Part shown: positions 1-9,974 of the stretch, one piece after another
How the letters are laid out: each line of letters starts with the position of its first letter
Numbering within the stretch: the stretch's first letter is position 1
NCBI RefSeq assembly: GCF_001194135.2
Contig: NC_068990.1
Span: 52,705,199 to 52,743,722 of the forward strand
DNA from: Octopus bimaculoides
Taxonomy: Eukaryota
DNA length: 38,524 bases
Direction of reading: 5' to 3'
The notes under the pieces: generated by a model
What the model was told of the DNA's origin: nothing
Databases searched by the model: none
The model's input: only the letters and a program-made list of their open reading frames with translations
Translations under genes and position numbers: made by a program

Positions 1-278
1 AAAGTAAGTGTTTTTTTGTTATAAATATAATTTTTAAAAAAAGGAGAGAAAAAACAGATAATTAAGAATTACACAGAAAAAGTGAACGATGGTAAATTGT
101 TTATATAAACAATTCAAATGGTACTACATGGTTATGGGGCCCATGCAGCCATTTCATTTCTTCATTATATAACATCTCATTGTCATTCGGTTTATGTTTT
201 GTGTCCCCATTGTGGTGTTGTGTCTGTCCTTGTAGTGTCCCCATCTGTGTTGTGGCCATAGTGCCAAATAAAGAAAAC

Positions 279-543
279 AGTAGTAGAGTTGTATGAGTTC
301 TCAGTTGGAGTCAGTGTTAATTACGTGATATATATATGAGTTTGAGTTACTGTGAAGGTAGACATTTCAAAGTCATTGTCTTGTGGAGCTATCAGTGATA
401 GCATGATTGACAAGTCAAAGATAATAAGATGTAGTATACCATATTTGTGGCAACAAGAATATTACGGTACAACATATTAGTGGCGACAAGAATATTACAG
501 TATGGACAACAACATACAAGTGGATGAGGATCCACATTATCAC
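279..543 (+). repeat. 5' LTR (portion homologous to the 3' LTR)
   Basis: AGTAGTAGAG...GAGTTCTCAGTTGGAGTCAGTG...TTTCAAAGTCATTGTCTTGTGGAGCTATCAGTGATAGCATGA matches 2802-3040. Confidence 0.8.
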
Positions 544-691
544 TGTAGTGACGAGGATATAAACAGTTCACAAGAAAAGAAACAATTCACGCGATTGATG
601 TTGAAAAATTTTTCATGTGGAGAAATTAAAAACTCAACAGAAGAGTAACAAACATTTTTGTTGTATAATTTTACAAAAAATCCATAAAATT

Positions 692-1264
692 ATGGGAAAC
701 ATTTTAGAGGGCTTAGCTAAGTTGCAAAAACAGCAACAGCAACAACAACTCAAAGAACAACAATAAATGTTACAGCAACAAATACTACAACTAATGAAGT
801 TGGTAACAAAATTTGAAATTAAGTTTTCACCAGACAATGTAGAAAATTCAAGAAATAAACTTAAATATGACCTGGAAGAAGGAATCACTTTCGAAGATTT
901 GAACAAATTTTCTAAAAAGAATGCCAAGACTGGACGGACGAAATGAAAATGTCTAATGCTGAGGAAACTGGTGACGATAGAGCATGAGAAATACTTTAAC
1001 TTTATAATACCTAAAAAAGTTTCTGACATAAATTTCACAAACACAGCTGACATTTTATGCAGGATGTTTAGTGAAAAAACATTGTTGTTGAACACACATT
1101 GGAAATGTTTGAACACTGAGGAAAGCGATGATGAAGGCTTTACCTCATATGTGGGTAGAGTGAACAGAGAGAGTGAGAGATTTAAACTAGATGGAAATGA
1201 ACCAGGATATAACTCTCCAGAAACTGTCAGAAGAGTGCGATATAATATTAAAAGTAAGGCATGA
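692..1264 (+). pseudogene. gag: Gypsy gag remnant (frameshifted, with stops)
   Basis: ORF 956-1264 (EKYFNFIIPK...FTSYVGRVNRESERFKL) resembles invertebrate Gypsy gag. A Q-rich N-terminal segment starts at about 692. Confidence 0.65.
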
Positions 1265-2500
1265 CTGCACAGCTCCAACGGTTTATGTAAAGAAAAAATA
1301 ATACATTAACAGTGTGTGCAGACTCTTTAACTGGATTAAATGACTATTTACTTGAACACAACTATCCATTACCAAGCCCAGAAGAAGTGTTCTCAAAACT
1401 AAATGGAGGGAAAATTTTCTTGAAGTTAGACCTCTCAGAGGCCTATCTACAAATAGAAGTAGAGGAAGACTGCACACACCTTTTAACAATCAACATACAC
1501 CATAGATTGTATAAATTCAAGTGGTTTCCTTTTGGAGTAAAAGCGGAACCTGCCATATTCCAACAAGTGATGGACGCAATGTTAAATGATTGTGACTTCG
1601 CTATTGCTTATCTCAATGATATGTTGATAAAGAGTGAATCAGTAGAACAACATGTCGAACATATTAAAAAAAGTGTTCGGAAAAATAAATGAATACGAGT
1701 TTAGACTAACAGAGGAAAAGTAAATTTTTGATGAGAAAAATCAAATATTTGGGGTAAGTAATTGATGAAAGTGGATGAAGGCCAGACCCATCAAGGGCAA
1801 CAACAATATGGAATATGCCTCCCCTAACAAACATCAAATTGTTACAAGCATTTTTAGGCTTGGTAAACTACTATCAAATACATGTCCCAAAGATACACAA
1901 CACAAAGGCTCCACTAAATGTACTGTTAAAAAAGGATGCCAGATAGTTTTGGTCAGAAAAATGCCAGAAGGCATTTGAGGAACTATAAAGCATGTTAACT
2001 TCAGACTTGTCACTTACATACTTCAATCTGAAAGTTGGAAACGATACTGGCAACAGATACTAGTGAGTACAAGGTAGGTGCCATACTCCTACACAAATGT
2101 GAAGATGGCAGCCAAAAGGCCATAGCTCAAGTGTCAAGAACGCTATTGCTAGTAGAAAAAAATTATAGCCAAATTGAAAAAGAGACATTGGCAATTATAC
2201 CTGGCATAAAAAAGTTCCACAGGTTGATACATGGTAGATGGTTTAAACTACATACAGACCATCACCCATTGCTAACAATTTATGGATCCAAGAAAGGAAT
2301 CCCAGTACATACAGCAAACAGGTTGCAGTGATGGGGCACCATACTACTAAACTATGACTACGCAATGGAATATTTACCTTCAAAAAAGCTAGGACATGCT
2401 GACAGCCTATCCAGGTTTATACCCAGAAATAGCAAACCATTCAAGGACACAGTAATAGCAGCCCTAAGAGCCAAAATGGAAATTAAATACATAATGTGAA
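1265..2500 (+). pseudogene. pol: Gypsy pol remnant: reverse transcriptase + RNase H
   Basis: YPLPSPEEVFSKL, KLDLSEAYLQI, PFGVK.EPAIFQQ and YLND (degenerate YLDD). RNase H motifs: LATDTSEY.VGAIL, NYSQIEKETLAI, TDHHPL. Confidence 0.93.
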
Positions 2501-2710
2501 ACATTGTAAGAGAGTTACTAATAACTCTGAAGGAGATAAAGCAACATGTGCCAAAAGACAAATTCATTAATGAAAAAAATTATCTCTGTGGTCAGCGAAA
2601 GAAAATAAAAAAAGATTTGGTAATAAAAATCTAGAGGTTAACATATATTCAACATGTAATGGCGTACTGATGTATAGCCAAAGTGTAGAAAAAAAAACTA
2701 AAAAGGGAGA

Positions 2711-3043
2711 TGTAGTGAAAATGGCACACCCTTTCTCCCGTGACAAAGTGGCATGACAGGCCACTATAAAGTCAGACAGTCAGTCATTTTAGGAGGTCGA
2801 TAGTAGTAGAGTCATTGTAGGAGTTCTCAGTTGGAGTCAGTGTCAGTTATGTGATATATAAAAGTTTGAGTTACTGTCAATGTAGATGTTTCAAAGTCAT
2901 TGTCTTGTGGAGCTATCAGTGATAGCATGATTAACAAGTCAAAGATAATAAGACATGGAATACTGCCACAACATATTAGTGGCAACAAGAATATTACAGT
3001 ACAGACAACAACATACAAGTGAACAAGGATACACTTTATAACA
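2711..3043 (+). repeat. 3' LTR (TG...CA)
   Basis: Begins TGTAGTG right after the polypurine tract and ends TATAACA. The distal 240 bp repeats 279-543. Confidence 0.85.
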
Positions 3044-3099
3044 GAGACCTGGTCAAGACACTTGCAACAGTGTAGGCTCTGCTAAAGGAGTTAAACCAG

Positions 3100-3268
3100 C
3101 AATGGATTAAGTCTATCACCTATGTAGTTCATAGTGGGATTTGATCTCAGAATACAAACAGTCAGAATAAATGCCACAATTTTATCAACCCTGAATGGAT
3201 AGAAAGGCAAAGTTGACCTCAGAGAGCAGAGCGTCAGAAGAAATCCCATGAAGTTTTCTGTCTAATAT
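3100..3268 (-). mobile_element. Degenerate SINE fragment (reverse), interrupted by the Chapaev element
   Basis: TTTATCAACCCTGAATGGATAGAAAGGCAAAGTTGACCTC is the reverse complement of the SINE core seen at 17795-17830. Confidence 0.55.
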
Positions 3269-5489
3269 CACTGTGCAACAAATTTCAGGTTAAAAAAAAG
3301 TACAAGTTAAGTAAGACTTATTTCTGGGTCAAAAAATTGTCCTGATTCTGATTCTGACATTTATTTCTCCAGATTAGGTACCATTTTCCTATACCATGAA
3401 CCATATGTTTTATAATATACTGCATAATATTGCGTATTGAACACAACATTGCAAATACTGAAAGTTACAAAAAACAAAACAAAAATTTAGTTGGTATAAC
3501 AAAATATATCTTGGTTATGAATTAAAAACACACCTGTCAGTTTAAACAACTTTTGTCCTTCTAAGCCTCTTGTGTGGAGTGTGATCTTTTTTTATACCCT
3601 AGCAGTTGTCTTCCAACATGCCAGGGTTCCATTTTCCTTTGAACCGTCACTCCATCACTGAAATATCCTGATGGAATCTTTCGCCATGTTCATCACTCAC
3701 ATCACCAAGATTTTCCGCAAAAAATTAAAATGAGAGCGAAGCACATGAACTTTTAGAGACATGTTACATTCCCTATCATGATAATGACTCAGCAGATCAT
3801 TCACAACTTGCACATAGTCTTCTGAACGATGGTTGCCCAGGAAGTTATCGCAAACTTTCTTGAATGACTCAGAAGCAAGCTTCTCTTTTCTCTTAAGATG
3901 TGTGATAAAGGTTTCATCAAGTACAATATTTTGAATTTGGGGACCTATGAAGAAACCTTCTTTAATTTAACTTGACTCAGGGAAGGGAACTTTTTTGCAA
4001 GATATGCAAATGCGGAGGACTCCTTGTCCAAGTTTTTCACAAATTGCTTAAACAAACCAAGTTTAATATGTAAAGGTGGTACAAAAATTCTATCACTTTT
4101 CCTAAGTGGTTTGTGCATGGTGCTGTGTTTTCCTTGCTCAATTTTATCTCGGATCGGCCAATCCTTGCGTACATAATGTTCAGCTCTTGCTCTGGAATTC
4201 CATAAGCACAGGAAGCAGCAACATTTTAGTATAGCCAAGCTGAAGGTCAGTAAGCATGGCCACAACCTTAAAATCTGCACAAATATGCCAAGTATGGTCA
4301 TCATACTCTATGCTTGTTAGAATTGCTTTCAGATTTTCATATGATTCGTTCATGGTTGTGCTATAAGCTATGAGAACAGAAGGTAGAGTGTTACCATTGT
4401 GTAGCAGAACAGCTTTGATACTGTCCTTGGATGCAACTATGAAAAGTCGCCAGTTGGTTTTATCATATGGTATTTCCAGTTGCTCAAAAAGTTCAGTGAT
4501 GTCATTACAAAAGCATAAGTCATCCTTATGAATAAGGTGAATAATGCAAGTAGATCCTCTTTATGCTTTCTGTACAGTGTTTCCTTCACTCCTTTCTCAA
4601 GAAGATGACGTTCTTGAAGCCTTGATGCCAGAAACTCACTTTTCTCTTTGGTTAAATAGAGATCCCTGCACAAGTCATTTAGAGCCTCTTGAGAAAATGG
4701 TATTGGTTTATTCTCGCTTTCTGGATCATTGGGCTCCACACATTCACCACTGGAATGTTCATCAGCACTGCTGGAAATCTGCATTTCTTGATCTGGAGGT
4801 TTGGGCACAAGTAAATTTTCTGAGTGCTCTACTGGGCGCATTGCTGATTGCAAATTTGGGTAAACAATGTGTTTCTTTTTCTTTGCTGTAGTACAGCCTG
4901 TAAAGTCATGGTGACAGAAATAGTAATCATTAGAATGATCTTTCTGCTCACGCCAAATCATTGGCACACCAAACTTCATGTGAACATTTTTTCCTGCATA
5001 CCAGGCACTCAATGTTTTCACACATGCAAGGCAACACACATGAGGAGCCGGTGACTTATCCTGGTCTCCTAAGTAACAATTGAAGTATGCCTTGTATATT
5101 TTCTTGATATGGTGTGTAAAACTGCGCTTTTCTTTAGCAAAAGTCAATTCCCCACAGATATAACAGAATCTGTTTGGATCATTTTTGCACTGTCTTGCAC
5201 TCATTGTTGAGAACAAATAAGATCTGAAAGATAAAAAATAACATTAAACACAAGCTTTGAATCACATTGTAGGTGTTACTAAGACGGATCTCTAGCCCTG
5301 GGTTAAAACCCATTTTACAATGCGGTAGAGAATTATATTTAATAATAATGACAAAAAGGGATTACAGAGACAATTCTGTAGAAACCATGCCTAATTCAAC
5401 AAAAAGAAGGCCAGAAATGGATTTACCATGTCATTTTTCATATAAAAATGGCCACAGATCTCTTGTACTTTTTTGAATGTTGCACAGTG
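3269..5489 (-). mobile_element. Chapaev3-type (CMC superfamily) DNA transposon, complete length
   Basis: TIR CACTGTGCAACA (3269-3280) / TGTTGCACAGTG (5478-5489), plus subterminal AAAAAAAGTACAAG / CTTGTACTTTTTT. TAT flanks both sides (3266-3268, 5490-5492). Internal transposase remnants on the minus strand. Confidence 0.85.
3590..5216 (-). pseudogene. Chapaev3-like transposase pseudogene
   Basis: N-terminal Cys/His domain FCYICG...DQDKS.APHVCC..C...W...VPMIWREQKDH..DYYFC. Central VPPLHIKLGLFKQFVK. C-terminal ENLGDVSDEHGERFHQDISVME, translated by hand from ~3650-3750. Confidence 0.85.
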
Positions 5490-5584
5490 TATTCTAATAA
5501 CTTGATTTCAATGCAAACCTTATGCATTATATAACCTGTCCTGGTCCAGTAATGGTTTTTGCATTGTGTTGCACTTGTGTAAAA

Positions 5585-6170
5585 TGCTACTGAGGTTGAC
5601 TTTGCCTTTTATCTTTTCTGGGTTGATAAAAAATGACTAGTCAATTTTTTGTGCTACTGGTATTGACTAAACGCTTTCTTCAAAATTGCTAGTCTTATGC
5701 CTAAATCAGAAAGAATTATTGTTGTTATTAGGGCAGTAAGCTAGATGGATTGTTAGTGCATAGGACAAAATGCTTAGTGGGATTTCTTTTGGCTCCATAC
5801 ATTCTACATTCAAATACTGCCAAAGTTAGCTTTACCTTTCACTCTTTTGGTGGTGGTAGTGGGGAGTCAATAAAACAATATACCAGTAAAATACTGGAGT
5901 CGATGTAATTGTCTTACTCCTACCCCTAAAATTGCTGGTGTTGTACGAAAATTTGAAACAGAATTGTTAGCACACCAGACAAAATGCACAGAGGTATTTT
6001 GTCCTTAAATTCTGAGTTCAAATGCTGCCAAGGTCAATTTTGCCATTCATCTTTTTGGGGGCGATAAAATAAATACCTGTCAAGTACTGGCATTGATGAA
6101 ATTGACAAGCACCCCCACCTCACAAAAAAAAAAAAAAAAAAATTCAGGCCTTGTGCCTTTAGTAGAAAGG
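5585..6170 (+). mobile_element. Cluster of about three degenerate tRNA-derived SINE copies
   Basis: Repeated AAAATGCTTAG...(GAG)TTCAAAT...GACTTTGCCTTT...ATAAAAT...TACCAGT...TACTGG motifs at ~5585, 5765 and 5975. B-box-like GAGTTCAAAT at 6015. Confidence 0.7.
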
Positions 6171-6189
6171 ATTATTATTATTATTATTG

Positions 6190-6328
6190 TTATTTTCTCT
6201 TTATCACAGGTTTTGTTGGAGCTCCTGAAGTCTTGCATGTGTAGCGAGCCGTGTCAAGGAGGCAAACCTTTTGTAACAGTTCTACTGGGCACTCTATTCC
6301 AATTTCCTTTATATTCCTCTTGATGCCT
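6190..6328 (-). mobile_element. Very short 3' end of an R4/Dong-type (RLE) non-LTR retrotransposon
   Basis: Minus strand reads ...KEIGIECPVELLQKVCLLDTAR, the R4-type C-terminal motif. (ATT)n arrays on both sides. Confidence 0.55.
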
Positions 6329-6354
6329 TATTATTATTATTATTATTATTAAGA

Positions 6355-6560
6355 AGATGGTGAGCTGGCAGAACTGGTAGTATGCTGGACAAAATGCTTA
6401 GTGACATTTTGTCCATCTTTATACTCTGAGTCCAAATTCTACCAAGGTTAACTTTGCCTTTCAGGATTGATAAAATAAGTACCAGTCAAGTACTGGAGTT
6501 CATGTAATTAACTTCCTCCATTCCTCAAAAACTGCTGGCCCTGTGCCAAAGTTTGAAACT
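6355..6560 (+). mobile_element. tRNA-derived SINE copy (CpG-decayed)
   Basis: GAGCTGGCAGAA...AAAATGCTTAG...CTGAGTCCAAATTC...ACTTTGCCTTTC...GATAAAATAAGTACCAGT...GCTGGCCCTGTGCCAAAGTTTGAAAC. Confidence 0.8.
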
Positions 6561-6565
6561 GTAAT

Positions 6566-7498
6566 TATTACCTCCACCTTAGCGAAGGCAGAGGTATTGT
6601 TTTGAGTCGTGTTTGTTTGTCCAGGGACAAGATATCTCAAGAATCACTGGATGGATTCAGATGAAACTTTCAGGGATGTTTGGCCTCAAGACTGACAGGA
6701 ACTGATTAGATTTTGGGATCAATCCAGTGCCGGATAAGGATTCTAGATTATCGGTTATATTTACTTTACATGATTATGATCTTACGTTGACTTTCAAGTT
6801 TTTCTTAATTATCTCCCTTTAGTCTGTTTCCAAAGTTTTATTTTCATTTCTCTATTATTAATTTTACTCATGTCTCTATCTTACTAGAAACTGATGGATA
6901 AAGAAATCAAACTACATAGACAAACAACAGCAAACCTGTTCAGAAATTAAATAACACTAACATATTTTTATAATATATATATATTATATATTATACATAC
7001 ATATTAACACTTTACAGTATACTTACATATATACATACATCTATACATTGATCTAAAACAACAGGAATACTAAAGGAAGGCTGGAGTTTAAGAGAAGAGA
7101 AAACCAAAAGGTCTCATACTGTTCATATAAAAATTCCTGAGTAGAACTAATTATTATTACCTCTGCCTTTGAAACTATTTTGAATGGTGAATTTGTTAAC
7201 TTTGGCTTGTATTAGATAAGGATAAACTATTTATTACTGTTACTAAATTTTCTACAGCCACCTTCACATTCCATGACTACCATTGGGATCGATCAGGGCA
7301 CAAGTATTCTAGATTATTTTTCCATTTTTTTTTTAACTTAATTTTTTAGAGCAGTCAGGTTCATTTTTAGTGTTCTCATTTGTGAGAGCAGTCAAGCTTA
7401 TTTCAGATATTCTTATTCTAAAAATCATCTCTGGCTAATCGTTGAGAGAACATTGGTATTGCCTTGGCAGAAGTTTGTGCTCACTGAGTGCTCTTGTT
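6566..7498 (+). mobile_element. Helentron/DINE-1-like non-autonomous element (possibly two nested copies)
   Basis: 5' stem-loop TACCTCCACC...GGCAGAGGTA (6569-6596). 3' subterminal GGCAGAAGT (7466) followed by hairpin GCTCACTGAGT and a CTTGTT end. A second TACCTCTGCC lies at ~7158. Confidence 0.5.
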
Positions 7499-7504
7499 AT
7501 TATT

Positions 7505-7967
7505 GATTAATTCTCAGAACGTTTGGTCTTGTTTGTTCTGGTAGATTTTGTGAGAGTGGACAGCAACCTGCTGTCAGAGGTCTCTCTTCTGCACATTACA
7601 AGCTTCGATATTTGGTTGTTGATTATTGTGGGAGACATTCAACATCCAAGTACCAATCTCAAAATCCTAGCTGTCCTCTGCAGAGTAGTTTTTTGGGCTT
7701 GCTCTGTTCTCAGTTCCAATTTCTCTGACATATTTTTCGAACATGGTTGTTAGTGCTCCGAGTATCCCTACTACTACTACTGGGATAATAGACCCTCTCC
7801 TCATAGTCCACATTTTTGCAATTTCATTTTTTAGTAGTCTGTACTTTTAAATCTTTTCTAGTTCTTTGTCACTTATGCATGCATCTCCAGGTATTGCAAT
7901 ATCTATGATCTTGGTTTCCTTTATCTATCACAACAATATCTGGTCTCCAAGCCTTGATTAGGGAGTC

Positions 7968-7968
<1 letters not shown>
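7505..7968 (-). mobile_element. 5'-truncated R4/Dong-type LINE (same family as 17990-21900)
   Basis: Aligns by eye to 18210-18655 (TTGTGGGAGACATTCAACAT, GTGCTCCGAGT.TCCCTACTACTACTG, GCATCTCCAGGTATTGCAATATCTATGATC). Encodes the RLE C-terminus (IIPVVVGILGAL). Confidence 0.85.
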
Positions 7969-8016
<48 letters not shown>

Positions 8017-8025
8017 GTTATTGTT
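7969..8025. repeat. (ATT)n microsatellite
   Basis: Direct reading. Confidence 0.95.
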
Positions 8026-9146
8026 ATTTCCCGATTGATTTGCATTTTATTTCATCTTCTGACCGGATCTTAACCAGACACCCAAGGCATGTATTAGATG
8101 GAAAAAAAAACTTCCTGAGAATGAGAGCAGTTGATGTCAACACAATTTTTTGAGTCTCATAGATTGTTGGTTTCCCAGGGATCTGGTCAAAAATTTGTCA
8201 GTGCCTTTCTTGATCATTCCCAAGGCACCTACTACAACAGGAATGATTTTAGGTTTTAATTGCCATGTCCTAGATATGTCAATTTCAAGGTCACTATATT
8301 TCAACAGTTTTTCAAATTCATTTGCTGAGATGTTTCTATCAGTAGGCACTGTCTTATCATTTAACAGACATGACTTTTGTCTTAGGTCTTTGACGAAGAT
8401 GTCTGATCTGTTAGCATTTATTTGCCTGTCTGCATGCATCCCATAATCCCATAGGATGGTAACATTCTCACCCTCAGTGACTGACTGTGGATGGTGTTCA
8501 TACCAGTTACTAAGATGCAGGATATCATAGTGATGGCATATGCTCCAGTGTAAGTATTGATCAATTCGATCATACCTGGTTTTATATTCTGTAGGGGCAA
8601 GGACTGAGCAACCGGCAACAATGTAGTCAATACTCTGAAGTTAGTCATTGCAGTGCCTACACTTTGTGTCTACTTCATTGTGTGTGACACAAGCTTGATG
8701 GTTCTGGGTGAGGAGACTCTGATCTTGTGCTGCTAGAATAAATACTTGTTTCAGCTTTCAAACCAACACACTGCAGCCACTGATGGCTTCTTCTTATATC
8801 TACATCAGCTTCCCCAGCTCATTTGGGGTATTGCCCATGCAATGGTTCTTCTTGCCACAGTCTCGATATTTCCTTCAAGCTTTCTTGTTTGGCTTTTGTT
8901 TTACACTTTTTTACTGCCTTAGTGGGTGGTGTGTCCTCCTTATCATCGTCATAGGTTTTGTCTGTATTTATATGCCTTCTTTGAGATTGAGTGCAGTTTC
9001 TTACTCTGTTTGTGTTGCCTTACTAGCTGTATCATCCAGTCAGTGTTACTTTGGATGTACACTTGGAGTCCTATCGCGGTCATTTTATAAGATATTTCAA
9101 ATTGGATTAGGCCTCTACTCAGTTCAGATCAGTATTCAGGACCATT
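8026..9146 (-). mobile_element. 5'-truncated R4/Dong-type LINE remnant
   Basis: ORF pieces QINANRSDIFVKD...VPTDRNISANEFEKLLKYSDLEIDISRTWQLKPKIIPVVVGALGMIKKG (RLE domain). Upstream CCHC-knuckle and YLHW remnants. Confidence 0.88.
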
Positions 9147-9152
9147 CTGACA

Positions 9153-9268
9153 TGTCTATCATCATCGTCGTCGTCATTGTCGTCATCGTCGTCGTCATCA
9201 TCGTCATCATCATCATCGTCGTCGTCGTCATCATCGACATCATCAACATCATCATCATCATCATCATC
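9153..9268. repeat. (ATC/GTC)n compound microsatellite
   Basis: Direct reading. Confidence 0.95.
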
Positions 9269-9930
9269 TTTCAATTTTGTTTCCATTTCTCACTGAGTGT
9301 CTTCCCAACATCTAAGGCAAAGAAACTCATTGTATACATTCATAAGCTATCAAAATAAACACACCAGATTGTTCATTTACAAAGTTATGTGACAGAAAAA
9401 AAAAATGAAGAAAGTCAGAGAGAAGAAGGAAATAAAATGAAAAGAAAAGTAAGAGGAAAGAGAATAAGGGGAAAAAAGAAAGAAATTTCACAGCAACAAT
9501 GCTCTTCTCAATATGTATGACATGCCAGTTAAAACAATTTTTTGCACTTCCTGCATGGATGGTAAGCCAGGGATCATCATCAAATAATTTTCAGTTCCTT
9601 TTTTGATCACTCCAGGTGCTTCTACAATCACTAGTATTGCAACCGTCTTGAAATGCCACATTTTTAAAATTTCAATCAGCAGATCTTTATATTTTCTGAG
9701 CTTATTAAATTATTTTGCCGAGATATTATGGTCACAAGGTATGCTCATGTCAATCAATAAACAGATTTTATTGTTTTGGTCTTCCACAACAATATCTGGT
9801 TTATTAGCTTTGATGGTCTGGTCTGTATGTACTGGAAAGTCCCAAAGAATCATTACATTTTCTCCCTCAGTTACAGCCTCAGGATAGTGCTTGTACCATT
9901 TGTCAGCAGCTTTGATTTTTGGTACTTGTA
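9268..9930 (-). mobile_element. 5'-truncated R4/Dong-type LINE, copy 1 of a tandem pair
   Basis: KWYKHYPEAVTEGENVMILWDFPVHTDQTIKANKPDIVVED...CLLIDMSIPCDHNISAK (PD..D RLE). The ~300-bp 3' UTR is shared with 9975-10230. Confidence 0.9.
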
Positions 9931-9974
9931 CCATTTGTTGTTGTTGTTATTATTATTATTATTATTATTATCAT

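Larger units (their letters stand above)
279..3043 (+). mobile_element. Internally deleted Ty3/Gypsy LTR retrotransposon
   Basis: Direct repeat of ~250 bp (279-543 vs 2802-3043). PBS-like TAGTGACGAGGAT at 546-558. gag, RT and RNase H remnants follow in Gypsy order. Purine tract AAAAAGGGAGA (2700-2710) precedes TGTAGTG (2711), and the 3' LTR ends ...TATAACA (3043). Confidence 0.9.

Noticed and set aside
439-558. Short repeats with variable spacers resembling a CRISPR array
   Set aside because: Eukaryotic LTR context, degenerate repeats, irregular short spacers and no cas genes.
634-1278. 214-aa minus-strand ORF
   Set aside because: Antisense shadow of the Gypsy gag region; low-complexity, with poly-Cys from (CAA/CAG)n.
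8783-9358. 191-aa hydrophobic ORF resembling a membrane protein
   Set aside because: Antisense of an R4 remnant plus the (ATC/GTC)n microsatellite, which gives poly-I/V.
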